This document shows positions 26,301-38,030 of a DNA stretch of 42,956 nt, one piece after another. A program made the translations under genes and the position numbers. The notes beneath the pieces are model-generated. The model saw nothing but the letters and a program-made list of their open reading frames with translations. It searched no databases and was not told the origin of the DNA. Numbering within the stretch: position 1 is the stretch's first letter; each line of letters begins with the position of its first letter. Where the stretch lies: the NCBI GenBank assembly GCA_910592345.1, contig CAJVPI010000202.1:1-42956 (forward strand). The letters are read 5' to 3'. This DNA comes from Paraglomus brasilianum (Eukaryota).

Positions 26301-29300
26301 GAAAAGAATGTGTGATTAGTAATTAAATAATTGGAGGGTGCTCTGAGTGTTATAAAACGCATACTTACATGAGGATATATCGTCTCAAATATCGTACGGT
26401 TGAGATCGTGACGAAAGTCCATTAAATTCATCAGCCCCTCGTATAGTACAAGTCTAATCTGAGGCTGTAAACTGAAGCACTTGCGTAGCATTCCTAATGT
26501 CATCCAACAGACGGTCGTATTATTATTTCATATTTGATGCGCCGCAACACATTGTATATGTTATAAATTGCATTATAGTATACCAAGTATCTCTAATGCA
26601 AGAGTCTGAGTGTGATGATCCGGATTGGATATGGAAGACGTTGCTACAGATTCAGAAGATTGCCCGCTCGTTACAGCAGTCATTCTCAAAAGACTTAATA
26701 ACCCAGTCACGGCAATCTGTCTACCAGACACATCCCTATGCAACAGATAATCATTAATATCAAAGCGGTTAAGATACAGTTGTCAATATCCAATCAATGA
26801 ATAATAACCTGGAGAACATGGCTTTACGCAATACGAGGATAAGGCTATCACGAAAAGATTGATTCATATACACTATCGGTTGTACTGCCGTCAACAGTCC
26901 TTTGGCTGTTGATAGTGGCAGTAATGACAGATAATCAAAGGCCTCTTTAATCTGTTGCATAACAATGCAATAAGATATTAATTAATGAATCAACTAATCC
27001 TATATATGACAATAACTTACCCGCGGTAAGTAGCTATGTAATGCCTGAGGAGCCTCATACACAATCATTTCCAATAGACGTAAGAAATATGTAACACTAG
27101 TCGACTTCCCAATGATACGGTTTAATATTTGATCCAATATTTCATTTCGAACAACGTCGTGAAGCTAGACAAAGCATAGGCAAAATCAGAGACGCTCAAA
27201 TACCATTCCTTCGCATTCCTTAACCGATCCAATACAACACCTTAAACATCTCTAATAGAATTCTTGTAGCAAGTTCCCCAACCATGTCTGTCGTAGTCAT
27301 CGGAGATCCCTTTGGCTTAAGCGTATCTATCAGATGCATCATTAAGAAAAATCTATATATTACCCTAAATACATGCGGCAAAATATCATCACAAAATACC
27401 TTTTCTATTGACTAATGTTGATCCAGTTGAATCCATAAGAAGAACTCCCAATTGAATCAGACTCTGTGTCGTCTGATCCCATCCATAAGCAGTCTTTTTA
27501 ATAAGCTCAGAAAATATCTGCAGTACAGGCACAGATGTATCAATGAATGAGAGAGCTATCGTTAAGGATTATATGTTAGTTACATAATGGTAAAGCAATA
27601 ACCGTCTGCACTATTAAAGCAAATATCGTACCGCTTATCCATGGAGATTTTTCCAGCCTCTCTTTATCTTTAAATGTAGCTGTAATGGCTGATTTCAGAT
27701 AATCAAGTATCTGTTTGAATAAAAAATAGATAGCGTTATACCCTCTAATCTACGTAACGTATGCATGTCATTATTGATTACTAACCGTGTCTTCAAATCT
27801 ATGTATTCTTGCTACTGACAACAAACAAGCGAGATTAAATGGTGTCAAACCAGATGATTTTTCCGATTTAATGTATTTGATGAGTTCAACGCCTAATTCC
27901 TATAAATAATTGTAGTAGATGTTGAGCGAGTTCCTACAAGTGGATTCTCCCATGAACAATTCTCCCTTTTTGATACCTGATCCTGCTTAACTGCGAAACA
28001 GAAGTGAATCAGCACTGTTCCTTCGATATGGCTCACTTGCGAAAACGTTGAAGATGATGGCGGCGTAGTATCTACCTGACTTTTATGACATTATGCTAGA
28101 TTAATTATAGAGACAACCTTTATACAGCGTGTTCATAGGTGCTACATTCTTTTACCTTGTTGTTATATGTGTCTCATCTAGCCGGTTATAATAAGATGTG
28201 ATGCCTTTGATGATTACGCGCTTGTGATCCTATTGTAGACAGAAATGCGTGACATCTAAGCTCGAATTTTGAAACTAGTAGCACTCCTCGAATGCCATAA
28301 TACCTTTCTTGAAAGTAAAAGCAGTTTATACACGATAGGAGGAGTCTCGTTTGCATCCATGTCATCGAAGTAACTACATAGAATGTATTAATACATTAAT
28401 GATAGTTTACATCATATGAAGAACCTTGCCTCGTCACATTGCCAACAAAAACAATACCTCATGACTTTCTCCACAGCACATTCAGCCTATAATGTCCAAG
28501 CAATGATACCAGATGAAGTTCATTAACTGTCCAATACAACCATTAAATACACAAATCCATCTCCACTGACCGTCTCTTTTGACATTGGTATGTCCGGGAA
28601 CATACTGATAATACTTAATACATTTTCAATGTGCCATTTAGCAAGACATATTCTGTTCAAGATGATATCCCTATATTGTGTTCCAGTGAAACTCCTCGTC
28701 CCGGTTGCCGTACGTATTGTAACCGATTCAAATGCATCCAAAGTAGACAGAAATTTAGGAATAAATGCAAGAAGTTTCGGATGCAACGGTCTGTTTTGAT
28801 TAATAGAGTCGATTATGTGATTCGTTGCCTCGATCATTGATGTCACTTGGAAGCTATCAATCTGATAGCATGTATGTTAGCAAATAGCATATGAATACAA
28901 AGATAGTTTAGTAACATCAGTATATTACTTGAGCCTACTTGTTTGAATGCTAATTGATCATACCTCGCTGTCCAGTAAGTCAACGATTTCAGATATGGAT
29001 TTATCAACTGACTGAGAAACGTGGTTCCCTTTCTCATCAAGCCTTTATAAAAAGAACCATGTCCGTTGATACAGATGTTCGGGAATGTATCTTATTTCAT
29101 GTATTAATGAATTAAAGATCAAATACCATTTAACAAAAGTTATCAAAATGGCTGATCTTCTCGCCTTGTTCTTGTCGTTGTCAGGTGGGGTTGCTAAATA
29201 ACATGTGATAATTAATTGGTAAGCCCAGGGTGCAAATATTGCGAGTTTGATTTATCTTTTCTTCCTTGTATAAATAATATACCTTTAAGTATTGATCGTA

Positions 29301-29532
29301 AAACCGTAAAGCAATCTCTTTTATCTCCCGTCAGAAGATTCTCATCACTCAAATATCGTGCAACGACTTGAGTTATCTTATTTCAACGCATAAATAGGTT
29401 GTCAATAATTATTCTATTATCCTTTTACCAATTCATTTAAATGCAAACCTCGGCAGTTTCATAATCGCTGATATATTCACGAAGCTGATTATAGTCATTA
29501 TTACGTGCGAAATTTAAGATTTTTGCATCCAT
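23397..29532 (-). CDS. FANCI: Fanconi anemia group I protein homolog (~29 exons)
   Basis: Start [13 protein letters not shown] (cf. human MDQKIL); [70 protein letters not shown]-terminal [15 protein letters not shown]. Confidence 0.93.
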
Positions 29533-29612
29533 TATCATCTGGTAAAATGAACAGAATGTGAAGTTTAATTTCTTAAGAACGCGGAATGTGTTAATGTATT
29601 TACCAGAATGTA

Positions 29613-29618
29613 ACGCGT
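29613..29618. promoter_or_regulatory. MCB-like box upstream of FANCI
   Basis: ACGCGT ~81 bp upstream of the ATG; AACGCGG at ~29578. Confidence 0.55.
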
Positions 29619-30280
29619 CTTAACATCAAATTCTGTTACACTAACCAGGGCAGTCAAGTGTCACAAGTTCTTTCTATCATCGGGATCACCCATGCCATGG
29701 CGTTCTCGGCATCTGACCATCATTCAATCTAACAATCTCGTTTGTAAATGTGCACTCGAAGGACATTCTTCCATTGGGGCAACAATAGTCGAGGGTATCG
29801 CACTCATAGAATTAAAATTTTAGATAAATATCTCCCCCAATTAATTGGGAGACCCCCATTCAGCAGGGTAATGTATTAGTGCGCGTGAAACGAGCGTTGT
29901 CGGAAAATGTTGCTTTTTTTGGGTATATGTACTAAAAAATTCTTAATACTGCTCAGAAATAGAATATGACGCTAATAAATAGCTCAGAGAACTTGTTTCT
30001 AAAACATTTGATAATATGATTAAACCTGAAGAGTTAAGCGAGTCAATCCTATGTTTGCTACTGTTAAATGTGGGCATCACGTGCAGAAAATCCGGTCTGC
30101 CAACAACAGACGTTGACGCCAAAAGCATAAAATTCATACTAGTATCGAGTCAAATTCGAGACATATTTACATGTATGTGCACACTGTATTTGATTTACTT
30201 TTATAGATCAATAACTTACAAGAATGAAAAAATAAAATAAAAAGACTCGAGAGACGGTTAAAATCAGAGTATCTATGCTC

Positions 30281-31959
30281 TTAGTTATCTCCAACTCGCA
30301 CATTTTCATACACAGATCCTACGATCTTCAATGCCTCTGCCCGTCTACGTAACGTACTTTTTGGGACAGTAGGATCGGACAATACACGATCACATACTTC
30401 TCTAAGTACACTCTCAACTTCAAGTTTTGAACCTTTCCATAAAGTTTCCAATCCCTTGAATTTTTTTAGAGAAGAAAAAAGGGTAAGTTAATATACAAGC
30501 ATGAAACTAATTATCATCATCAACAAAACCGCGGTTCCTACTTTGTTGGCGGCCGCTTCCTCTAATCTTGACTTCTCGGCATCATTCACGCCCTTCTTCT
30601 CAGCCTCTTGCAACTGAGTGAAAGACTGTTGAAGATCAATTGCTGATTTCAACGTTGAGATGGTTTCTGAGAACACGTGGCCTTTCTCTCTTATTATATG
30701 TCCAAATCTTGGTAGGCCAAATATATGATCGCCACCAATGTGTTGTTTGGCTTTCAGAGAATAAGTGAATCCAATAGCATGTAGCAATTCAACGCCGTAT
30801 GATTCCGTCTTCAATTCATCAGCTTCCTTCTCCATTCGACATTTAAAGTCATGAGCTGCGATCTGAGGATCACTAGCCTTTACATAGTGATCTAGTCTTT
30901 CTATAAGCTTGCCTACTAGCTTGTCAATACGCTCCTTTCTAATCTTCTCACGCTCTTCGTCCTGGATATTTTTATTGTTCTCACGACGACGAACATCTCC
31001 GTCAGCCGAGCTTGCATTACTTGTTTCATCCATAGAAGCATTTTGTAAAACCTCCTTCATATCTCGTCCAATAGATATTTCACCGATTATATCCACAAAG
31101 CGATCACCTCCGAATTGTTGCTTAAAGAATTCTTCGGGATTGACTAAACAGGGCAAAGAATACAGGTCATTAATCCAGTGGCCATGACATACTTGATTCG
31201 TTGACGACAGATCGACCAAAATAACCACAACATGGGACGTACCAAAACCACCTTCAGGTTGTATCTCGTTACTTTTTGCTCCATATTCGTTATACTTCCT
31301 CCTTAATTCGGGATCCGACAACACTTGGTAAGCTTCTGAGATTTTTTTGAACTGAAGAGAAATTCTATTCAACACTTTTGAACAGGGACGCGTTAATCTC
31401 TCCCATAAAAGCGCCTATGTAATGAAGCAGGCGCATAAATAAACACAAAATACCCGTTGTTCGGCATCTGGAGAATTATTCTTATCAGGATGATACTTTA
31501 AGGCAAGCTTGTAATATTGTCTCTTAATTTCGCTAATATCCGCTGTCACTGAAACTTCCAACAAATCATAATATTCCGTTTCTAGAGGTTCCCGATCTGT
31601 GTAATTAGAGACGAGAGGGAGGGAAAGATCGGAGAAGGTTTATAAAATAGATAAGCATAAAAGTAATAAGGAGACAGCATTCCCAATCGGTAAATGTCGT
31701 TGACATAACAGGTATCTCTATACAACAAGTTCGAACCTGAGCCAAATCTCCATTTGTTATTATTTTTCCCCGTTGATGCGGACGACTGTGTTCCTGCACC
31801 TTTGACTTCAAATTCGCATATTTTCTGACAAGAGTAACACTGAACAAAGATTTTTGAAGAAGGAAGTGTTGTAGAGGAAAATTCTAATTCATTGTGACAT
31901 TTTGTACAGGCTTTATGCACGAACTCTGGTCTGCGTGATTGAATTATAGGGCTTCCCAT
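30281..31959 (-). CDS. DnaJ protein of the Djp1/Caj1 type (J domain + DnaJ-X) with an N-terminal zinc ribbon
   Basis: [10 protein letters not shown]...[84 protein letters not shown]-terminal CTKC...CYSC. Confidence 0.9.
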
Positions 31960-32080
31960 TGCTCGGAGAGAAGAAACTAGCAAAACGGAAGTAACTTACC
32001 AAGAATTGTCAAATTTGCGTGCTAATTTACCGCCCTAGGCAACGATCTTCAAAATGACGCATATCCAATCACGAGCATTC

Positions 32081-32324
32081 TTCGCGTATGATTATAAAAC
32101 GCGCGACAGGCTGTTTAATTAGATTTGCTTCGTTTCCGCAGCGGATATTTAGTGTGCATGTATCAACCTTACACATCCCTTACGTTACGAGGCTCTCTAT
32201 TCTTGAACACTTCCCTTCCATGGCCCACGAAACATTAACCGAGTCTTCTCAGATTCTATGAAACGCGTGACATTGCATTATCATGTGATTATGCAGCACG
32301 TTTTCGGCTACTGGTGGCTCGCGT
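32081..32324. promoter_or_regulatory. Cluster of MCB-like CGCG boxes upstream of UHRF1
   Basis: TTCGCGT 32081, ACGCGCG 32099, ACGCGT 32263-32268, TCGCGT 32319. Confidence 0.55.
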
Positions 32325-32479
32325 CTTAGTCTACCAAAAAAACAACAACTTCCATATATAATTGTGGTGGCTACACCGTCTACCCTCACTATTTCATTCC
32401 CGTTGACTGACTGAATTCGATCTCAGGACAATTGCCCCTACGAATCTATAAGATTACTATCTTCTTAATAAACATAACT

Positions 32480-34381
32480 ATGGTTCACTTATATGTGAGA
32501 ACTCAAGATCGGAAGGAGAGAATAGAATTCGGACTAACGAGACGTGTCGAAGATCTTCGACCCACAGTAGCCAAGTTATTTGGAGAGCATGTATATCCAC
32601 CCGAAAGGCAACGTCTTATATACCTGGGCAAACAAATGGAAGATGGGTACGCGTTGTTCGATTACAACGTGAAACACGAGAGTACGATACTATTGTTTCA
32701 GAAACCGCTTGTCGATCTTGAGTCACTTAGAGAACTGGATGTGAGAGTAGTCATTGATAATGATACCACCAGCACCCCTAACGCGAGCACAGATAATGTG
32801 GATAACACCGACGATGCCGTTAATAACGATAATGTCAACAATGATAAGGAGAATCAGGGATCAAGCATAAATCTTCAAAAATCGACTTGTGATGTCCAGG
32901 GGAAGACAAGTCTCAAGGCTGCCAGTACTTCTGATGCCAACAAAACAATGGAAGCTGCCGCGGAGGATTATTACTGCACAGCTTGCAAAAATGTTGCAGC
33001 CAAGAAATGTAAGGAATGCGGATGCTACGAGTGTGGTGGGAAGGACGATGAACCGCAGACAATCGTCTGCGATGAGTGTCAGTATTACTTCCATCTATAC
33101 TGCTTGAAACCACCACTGAAAAGCGTACCTGAAGGTGACTGGTATTGCCCTTATTGTTGTCATAATAATGATGATATTATCACCCCTGGTAAAGGCATTA
33201 ATATTTCTAGTAGGAAAAAGTCAAAGATGCCGTCTGCTACGCAAACCAAACATTGGGGTGGGGGAATGGCATGTGCTGGAGTATCGAAAAAATGCGAGAT
33301 TGTAGACAAAAACCATCGCGGAAAGATTCCTGGTGTGCCTGTTGGTTGTGCTTGGCTGTATCGAATACACTGTTCCGAGTCTGGCGTACATCGTCCTCCC
33401 GTTGGAGGAATTCATGGCAATTCTGATGCTGGGGCAGTATCGGTCGTATTGGCAGGAGGATATCCTGAGGATGTTGATAATGGAGATGAATTTACTTACA
33501 CCGGCTCCGGTGGACGCGACCTGAAGACGGGGAATAAACGAACAGCTAAGCAGGACAGTGATCAGACGCTCACCCGTGCTAATTTATATTTAGCTCAAAC
33601 ATGCGATACACCTGTGAATGATAAAGTTGGGGCTGTCGCAAAGAATTGGAAGAAGAGCAAGCCAATTAGAGTAGTTCGTAGCTACAAGTTAGCTAAGCAT
33701 AATCCCAAGTATGCTCCAAAGGAAGGGCATAGATATGATGGATTGTACAAGGTAGTTAAATATTGGCCCGAGAAGGGAGTTGCTGGATATAGGGTTTGGA
33801 GATTCCTCTTGCGTAGAGACGACGATGAGCCCGCTCCATGGACCGAAGAAGGCCAGCGATATATAGAACAGCTTGGACTACAGACATATGTCTCAAGGGG
33901 AGCCGGAGATAAAAGGAAAACGGATGCTGATGGGACGAGTGATAACGAACTGTCTCCGAGGAAGAAGGCATTAATACGTACATATAAACCATCTGATAAG
34001 ATATTAGCACTGATTGAGAAGGATAATCGTAACGCGAGGGCCTGGAAGAGTTTGTTACGGATCAATGTTATAAACGAAGCCGAATTTCTCGCGCGAATAA
34101 TGGAGGAATTTAAGTGTAATGTGTGCCAGGATCTGGTCCAAAATCCTGTGACCACTCCGTGTTCGCACAATGCTTGCAAGGAGTGCCTAATTAAAGCAAT
34201 TATTTCATACGATTCAAAGTGCCCAACATGTAGAGAGAGCTTGAGTGAGAAAAATGATAACAATGTATATTACGAGCCTAAATTAGAAGTAAATAATGAT
34301 CTTGTAGCTGTATTTAGAGAACTTATTCCTGCGTATAAAGCTTCCAGTAAGAAGAAGAAGACATCTAAATCCAGAAAATGA
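32480..34381 (+). CDS. UHRF1: UHRF1-like E3 ligase / hemimethyl-CpG reader (UBL-PHD-SRA-RING), intronless
   Basis: UBL MVHLYVRTQD...QRLIYLGKQMEDGYALFDYNV; pre-PHD+PHD CTAC..CKECGCYECGG..CDECQYYFHLYCLKPPL..WYCPYC; SRA WGGGMACAG...GVHRPPVGGIHG...SVVLAGGYPEDVDNGDEFTYTGSGGRDLKTGNKRT...RYDGLYKVVKYWPE; RING FKCNVCQDLV..PVTTPCSHNACKECL..CPTCR. Confidence 0.95.
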   Translation: MVHLYVRTQDRKERIEFGLTRRVEDLRPTVAKLFGEHVYPPERQRLIYLGKQMEDGYALFDYNVKHESTILLFQKPLVDLESLRELDVRVVIDNDTTSTPNASTDNVDNTDDAVNNDNVNNDKENQGSSINLQKSTCDVQGKTSLKAASTSDANKTMEAAAEDYYCTACKNVAAKKCKECGCYECGGKDDEPQTIVCDECQYYFHLYCLKPPLKSVPEGDWYCPYCCHNNDDIITPGKGINISSRKKSKMPSATQTKHWGGGMACAGVSKKCEIVDKNHRGKIPGVPVGCAWLYRIHCSESGVHRPPVGGIHGNSDAGAVSVVLAGGYPEDVDNGDEFTYTGSGGRDLKTGNKRTAKQDSDQTLTRANLYLAQTCDTPVNDKVGAVAKNWKKSKPIRVVRSYKLAKHNPKYAPKEGHRYDGLYKVVKYWPEKGVAGYRVWRFLLRRDDDEPAPWTEEGQRYIEQLGLQTYVSRGAGDKRKTDADGTSDNELSPRKKALIRTYKPSDKILALIEKDNRNARAWKSLLRINVINEAEFLARIMEEFKCNVCQDLVQNPVTTPCSHNACKECLIKAIISYDSKCPTCRESLSEKNDNNVYYEPKLEVNNDLVAVFRELIPAYKASSKKKKTSKSRK

Positions 34382-34941
34382 ATGATGCAAATCATCCCGC
34401 ATAGTATAAAAGTGAGGGTAAGAACAAAAAGCGGGCATAAAAATTGAAGATGTAAAAATGATGATATGGAAGCAATAAAAATAAGTGTTTTGATGTGCAC
34501 CAATAATGGTTTTATAATGACATTGACATTAGTAGTATGGATGACTTACGTATCTTAATGTACATAGTAATTACAACGTCACGTTGGCATAATATTGATT
34601 TGTATTCAATAATAAACACGACTGGGCTTTGATTCATATCATTTCATCATTTATTACAATGAAGGCCGATTTAATATAAAAACAGGATGCCACTCATGTC
34701 CTACTGTGTCATGCTGATTGAGAAATAATAGCACAAAGTTAAATGACTGAATTCTGCTGACCCTTATCATTGAGCGTGTAGTTGTCCCAAATCACCGATC
34801 CAATTTATAAGTAATGACTGCACTGCATGCATGAGTTCTCTTAAATTTATATAAAATGTGAATATAAAATAACATATAAAAGAATGATGAGAAAATAATG
34901 ACTGTCTAATGCTTCTGTAATTGATCGGATATATGTGATGA

Positions 34942-36282
34942 TTAAGGCTGTTCCGTCGTCACTTCACTCGGCTCTTCCTCCCTGGGGGCATCAGCCTTCT
35001 CGTCTAAAACAGGAAATAAACAACATGATTAGCAACGCACAAAATATGCGATAAATTAATCCACATCATTGCCAAATTACACAAAAATAATCATAGCATA
35101 TACGTACTGCTATCTTGAATATCAGATGTCCACAATGTCAAGTTATCCCTCAGCAATTGCATAATTAATGTTGAATCTTTATAGCTTTCTTCGCTGAGGG
35201 TATCTAGTTCCGCAATCGCATCGTCAAACGCTTGTTTAGCAAGATGGCAGGCATTATCGGGCGAGTTGTGAATTTCGTAATAGAATACAGAAAAGTTGAG
35301 AGCCAGGCCAAGACGAATAGGATGAGTGGGCGCAAGCTCGGTCACCGCGATTTCGCTGGCAGCCTTGTAAGCCTCCAGAGACTTGTCAGCAGATTCACCA
35401 CGTTTGTCACCCGTCGCAAATTCGGCAAGATATCGATGATAGTCGCCTTTCCTACAATATATAGGATCAAAGTAAGTAATGTAGCAAGCTAAAAATGGTT
35501 AACACACATGATGACGTATTCATCCGAATAAACTAACATCTTGTGGTAGAACACTTTGGATTCGCCAGTAGCAGCAGACGGAATAAGATGCTTGTCAAGG
35601 ACTTGAAGAATGTCTTCACATATCTTGGACAATTCGTTCTCAATCTTTGTTCTATACTCCTTGATAAAGCCAACTTGCAGTGAGTTGCCCTTCGTTTCCT
35701 CTTTCTGCTCGATTGAAGACACGATACGCCACGAAGCACGTCGGGCACCAATGACATTCTTGTAAGCAACGGAGAGAAGGTTGCGCTCTTCAACAGTGAG
35801 TTCTTGGTCTGATGAAGCAACTTGTTTCATATACTCGACCATTTCTATTTATGGCAAGGAACAAAAAAAAGATAATCATCATTAGTAAATAAGATGAAAC
35901 GATAAATGTTTACAGATGATACGTTCTTTAGAACGAACTAGTGTTCTATCAACTATTCATTAGCTCTATCCTAATCATTTGTTATTTCGCCGATGATTTT
36001 ATTATACTCTGCGAAAGATCACAAGTTAATCACCGTCTAGACTAGGGCTTTGCTCTCTTCTCCTAAGCCAGTTAATAACATTAAAGATAACAATGATTTC
36101 AAGAAAAGGCATATTGCAAAGTCCTGTCATCTTTGTCATATATAACGTTGCCGTACGTGAATAGTGTATAAACGTTGCTATAGGTCTAATATGGTTCATC
36201 CCCCTTTACCTTCATAACGCTCAGCCTGTTCGGCAAGCTTGGCGAGGTAGACAGAGTCTTCACGCGATTGAGCTTGAGCCAT
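34942..36282 (-). CDS. 14-3-3 protein (4 exons)
   Basis: [26 protein letters not shown]...[25 protein letters not shown]...[11 protein letters not shown]...[20 protein letters not shown]...[22 protein letters not shown]. Confidence 0.99.
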
Positions 36283-37906
36283 TATGATATGTTCTATGGT
36301 AAACTTTATTTGTATATATGAATTGGGGAAGTGTATGAAAGTGCGGTATATAAAAATGCAAAAAAAATTGGTTTATATCGTTAAATTATTTAAGAGTAAG
36401 AACGTCAAACGAATGCGCTCCTTTGTCTACTATTAAAACAGATGGATGGGTCAGCGGAGTAAACTCGGGTGAAAGGGCGAATCTGGTAAAGTTTGGAGCC
36501 TGTGCACCAAAGGAACTTGAGCTCGCGCAATTATGATTGCATCATTCCCCTGTTGATGTCATACAAATATCTCTGTCACACTCTTTCATGCAAAATGAGA
36601 AACGCCACTCTTGCAAACGTATGACGCCACAAGAAATTCAGGGGTTTGGTCCTTTTGGGTTTTGAAAGGGTAAATATAAACTAATTGTCATTCAAACAGC
36701 TTGCATCGGACTGGTTCCACGGCCATCGATCGAACTTATCTCATCTAAATATAAAGTCCTTCGGATAGATAATTATTCATGTCAGATGATTATTAATAAA
36801 AAGGGATTTCATTAAAGATGGGCGATGAATACTAAAAAAGTTTATTGTTAGACAGCTGATAGTGTATTGTTGCAACCGTACTTGATTTGACAACGATGGT
36901 ATGGTATCATTTTATGCTAATTCTATTTGTGGGGGAAGCAGGCATCCCTCTGATCGTATTTCTATCAGCATGCCTCAGACAGATCTCTTCTAGTTGAGAT
37001 TCTTATTGCTGCCAGGTTTCTCGTTCGGTAAACATTTTACTGGGTATCAAAGTCTAGTATTAATGTAATTGTATTTTGTTACCGGCAACTAGAATCCTTT
37101 AATTACTAGTACCTCTGTCTAGATGATTTCTTGAATGTTTCGTGTTCCCAGAGGGTTCCATCCCTTAAGTGAAAATCTTCGCTGATCATCGTCCACATAA
37201 ACCAAGCCAAACTTACCATCCTAAGCAGTTGACGTTGGTTCGAATTGTGAGAACCCTTTATCCTGAGTTCTTTAACACATTCCCACGTATTTAATTGGTT
37301 TCTCATCCCGTTTATAATGAGTAGAATTTGTTGGGGAATACCAGCGCGAGAGATCACTTCCACGAAAATGATTATTATATATTACTCGGCTCTGAATTGT
37401 GTTTCTTAAAGATTCTCATCTGCTTTCTTCGAAGCTCACTTCAGGATACCTGCACGGCTCCTTCACAGCCAGAGAACAATTATCTATTCAAGTTACATGA
37501 CTCCCATGTATACTAGAACTTCGGGTTATATCTATTTCATTTAATCGTGTCTCATTCACGAACGCGTTTAGTCTGTGAGAGAGAACATACCATAATGAAG
37601 TTTTGCAAGTCATGTATTCAGAAAAGTATGGTGTATGACGAAACAAAAATGATAACTTCTTACAAAACGCGCAAAGTTCGCCAAGTTTGTAAACGATTCG
37701 TGTATATTATTACACAGTCAATCTGGTTATAACAGATTCAACGGAGACGAACAAAGTCTTCGTCCAGAAATTCCTTATAACGAAGATTATAATCAATTTC
37801 TAATGGATACAAAGTCTTATTTTATCAAGACAATAAATAGAAATATTATGACTTCGCTGAAACTGAGAACAAATACATCAATTAGAAGAACTCCTGTCTT
37901 ATACAT

Positions 37907-38030
37907 GGGAGGCAATCATTTCATCGACAAATATTTACCAACATTATTTCGAAGTTATCCTTTTTTAGTAGTTAATTGTCGGTGAAATGTACTGTCGGTG
38001 AAATGATTGTCGATGAAATAATACGGACCC
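37907..38030. mobile_element. 124-bp MITE with 9-bp TSD (Mutator-like)
   Basis: Flanked by exact CTTATACAT at 37898-37906 and 38031-38039; GGG...CCC termini; subterminal repeats TGTCGRTGAAAT x3 on the right and an inverted ATTTCATCGACA on the left. Confidence 0.85.

Noticed and set aside
33682..34263. 193-aa antisense ORF within UHRF1 and other antisense ORFs over real exons
   Set aside because: Shadow frames of coding sequence with no recognisable motifs.
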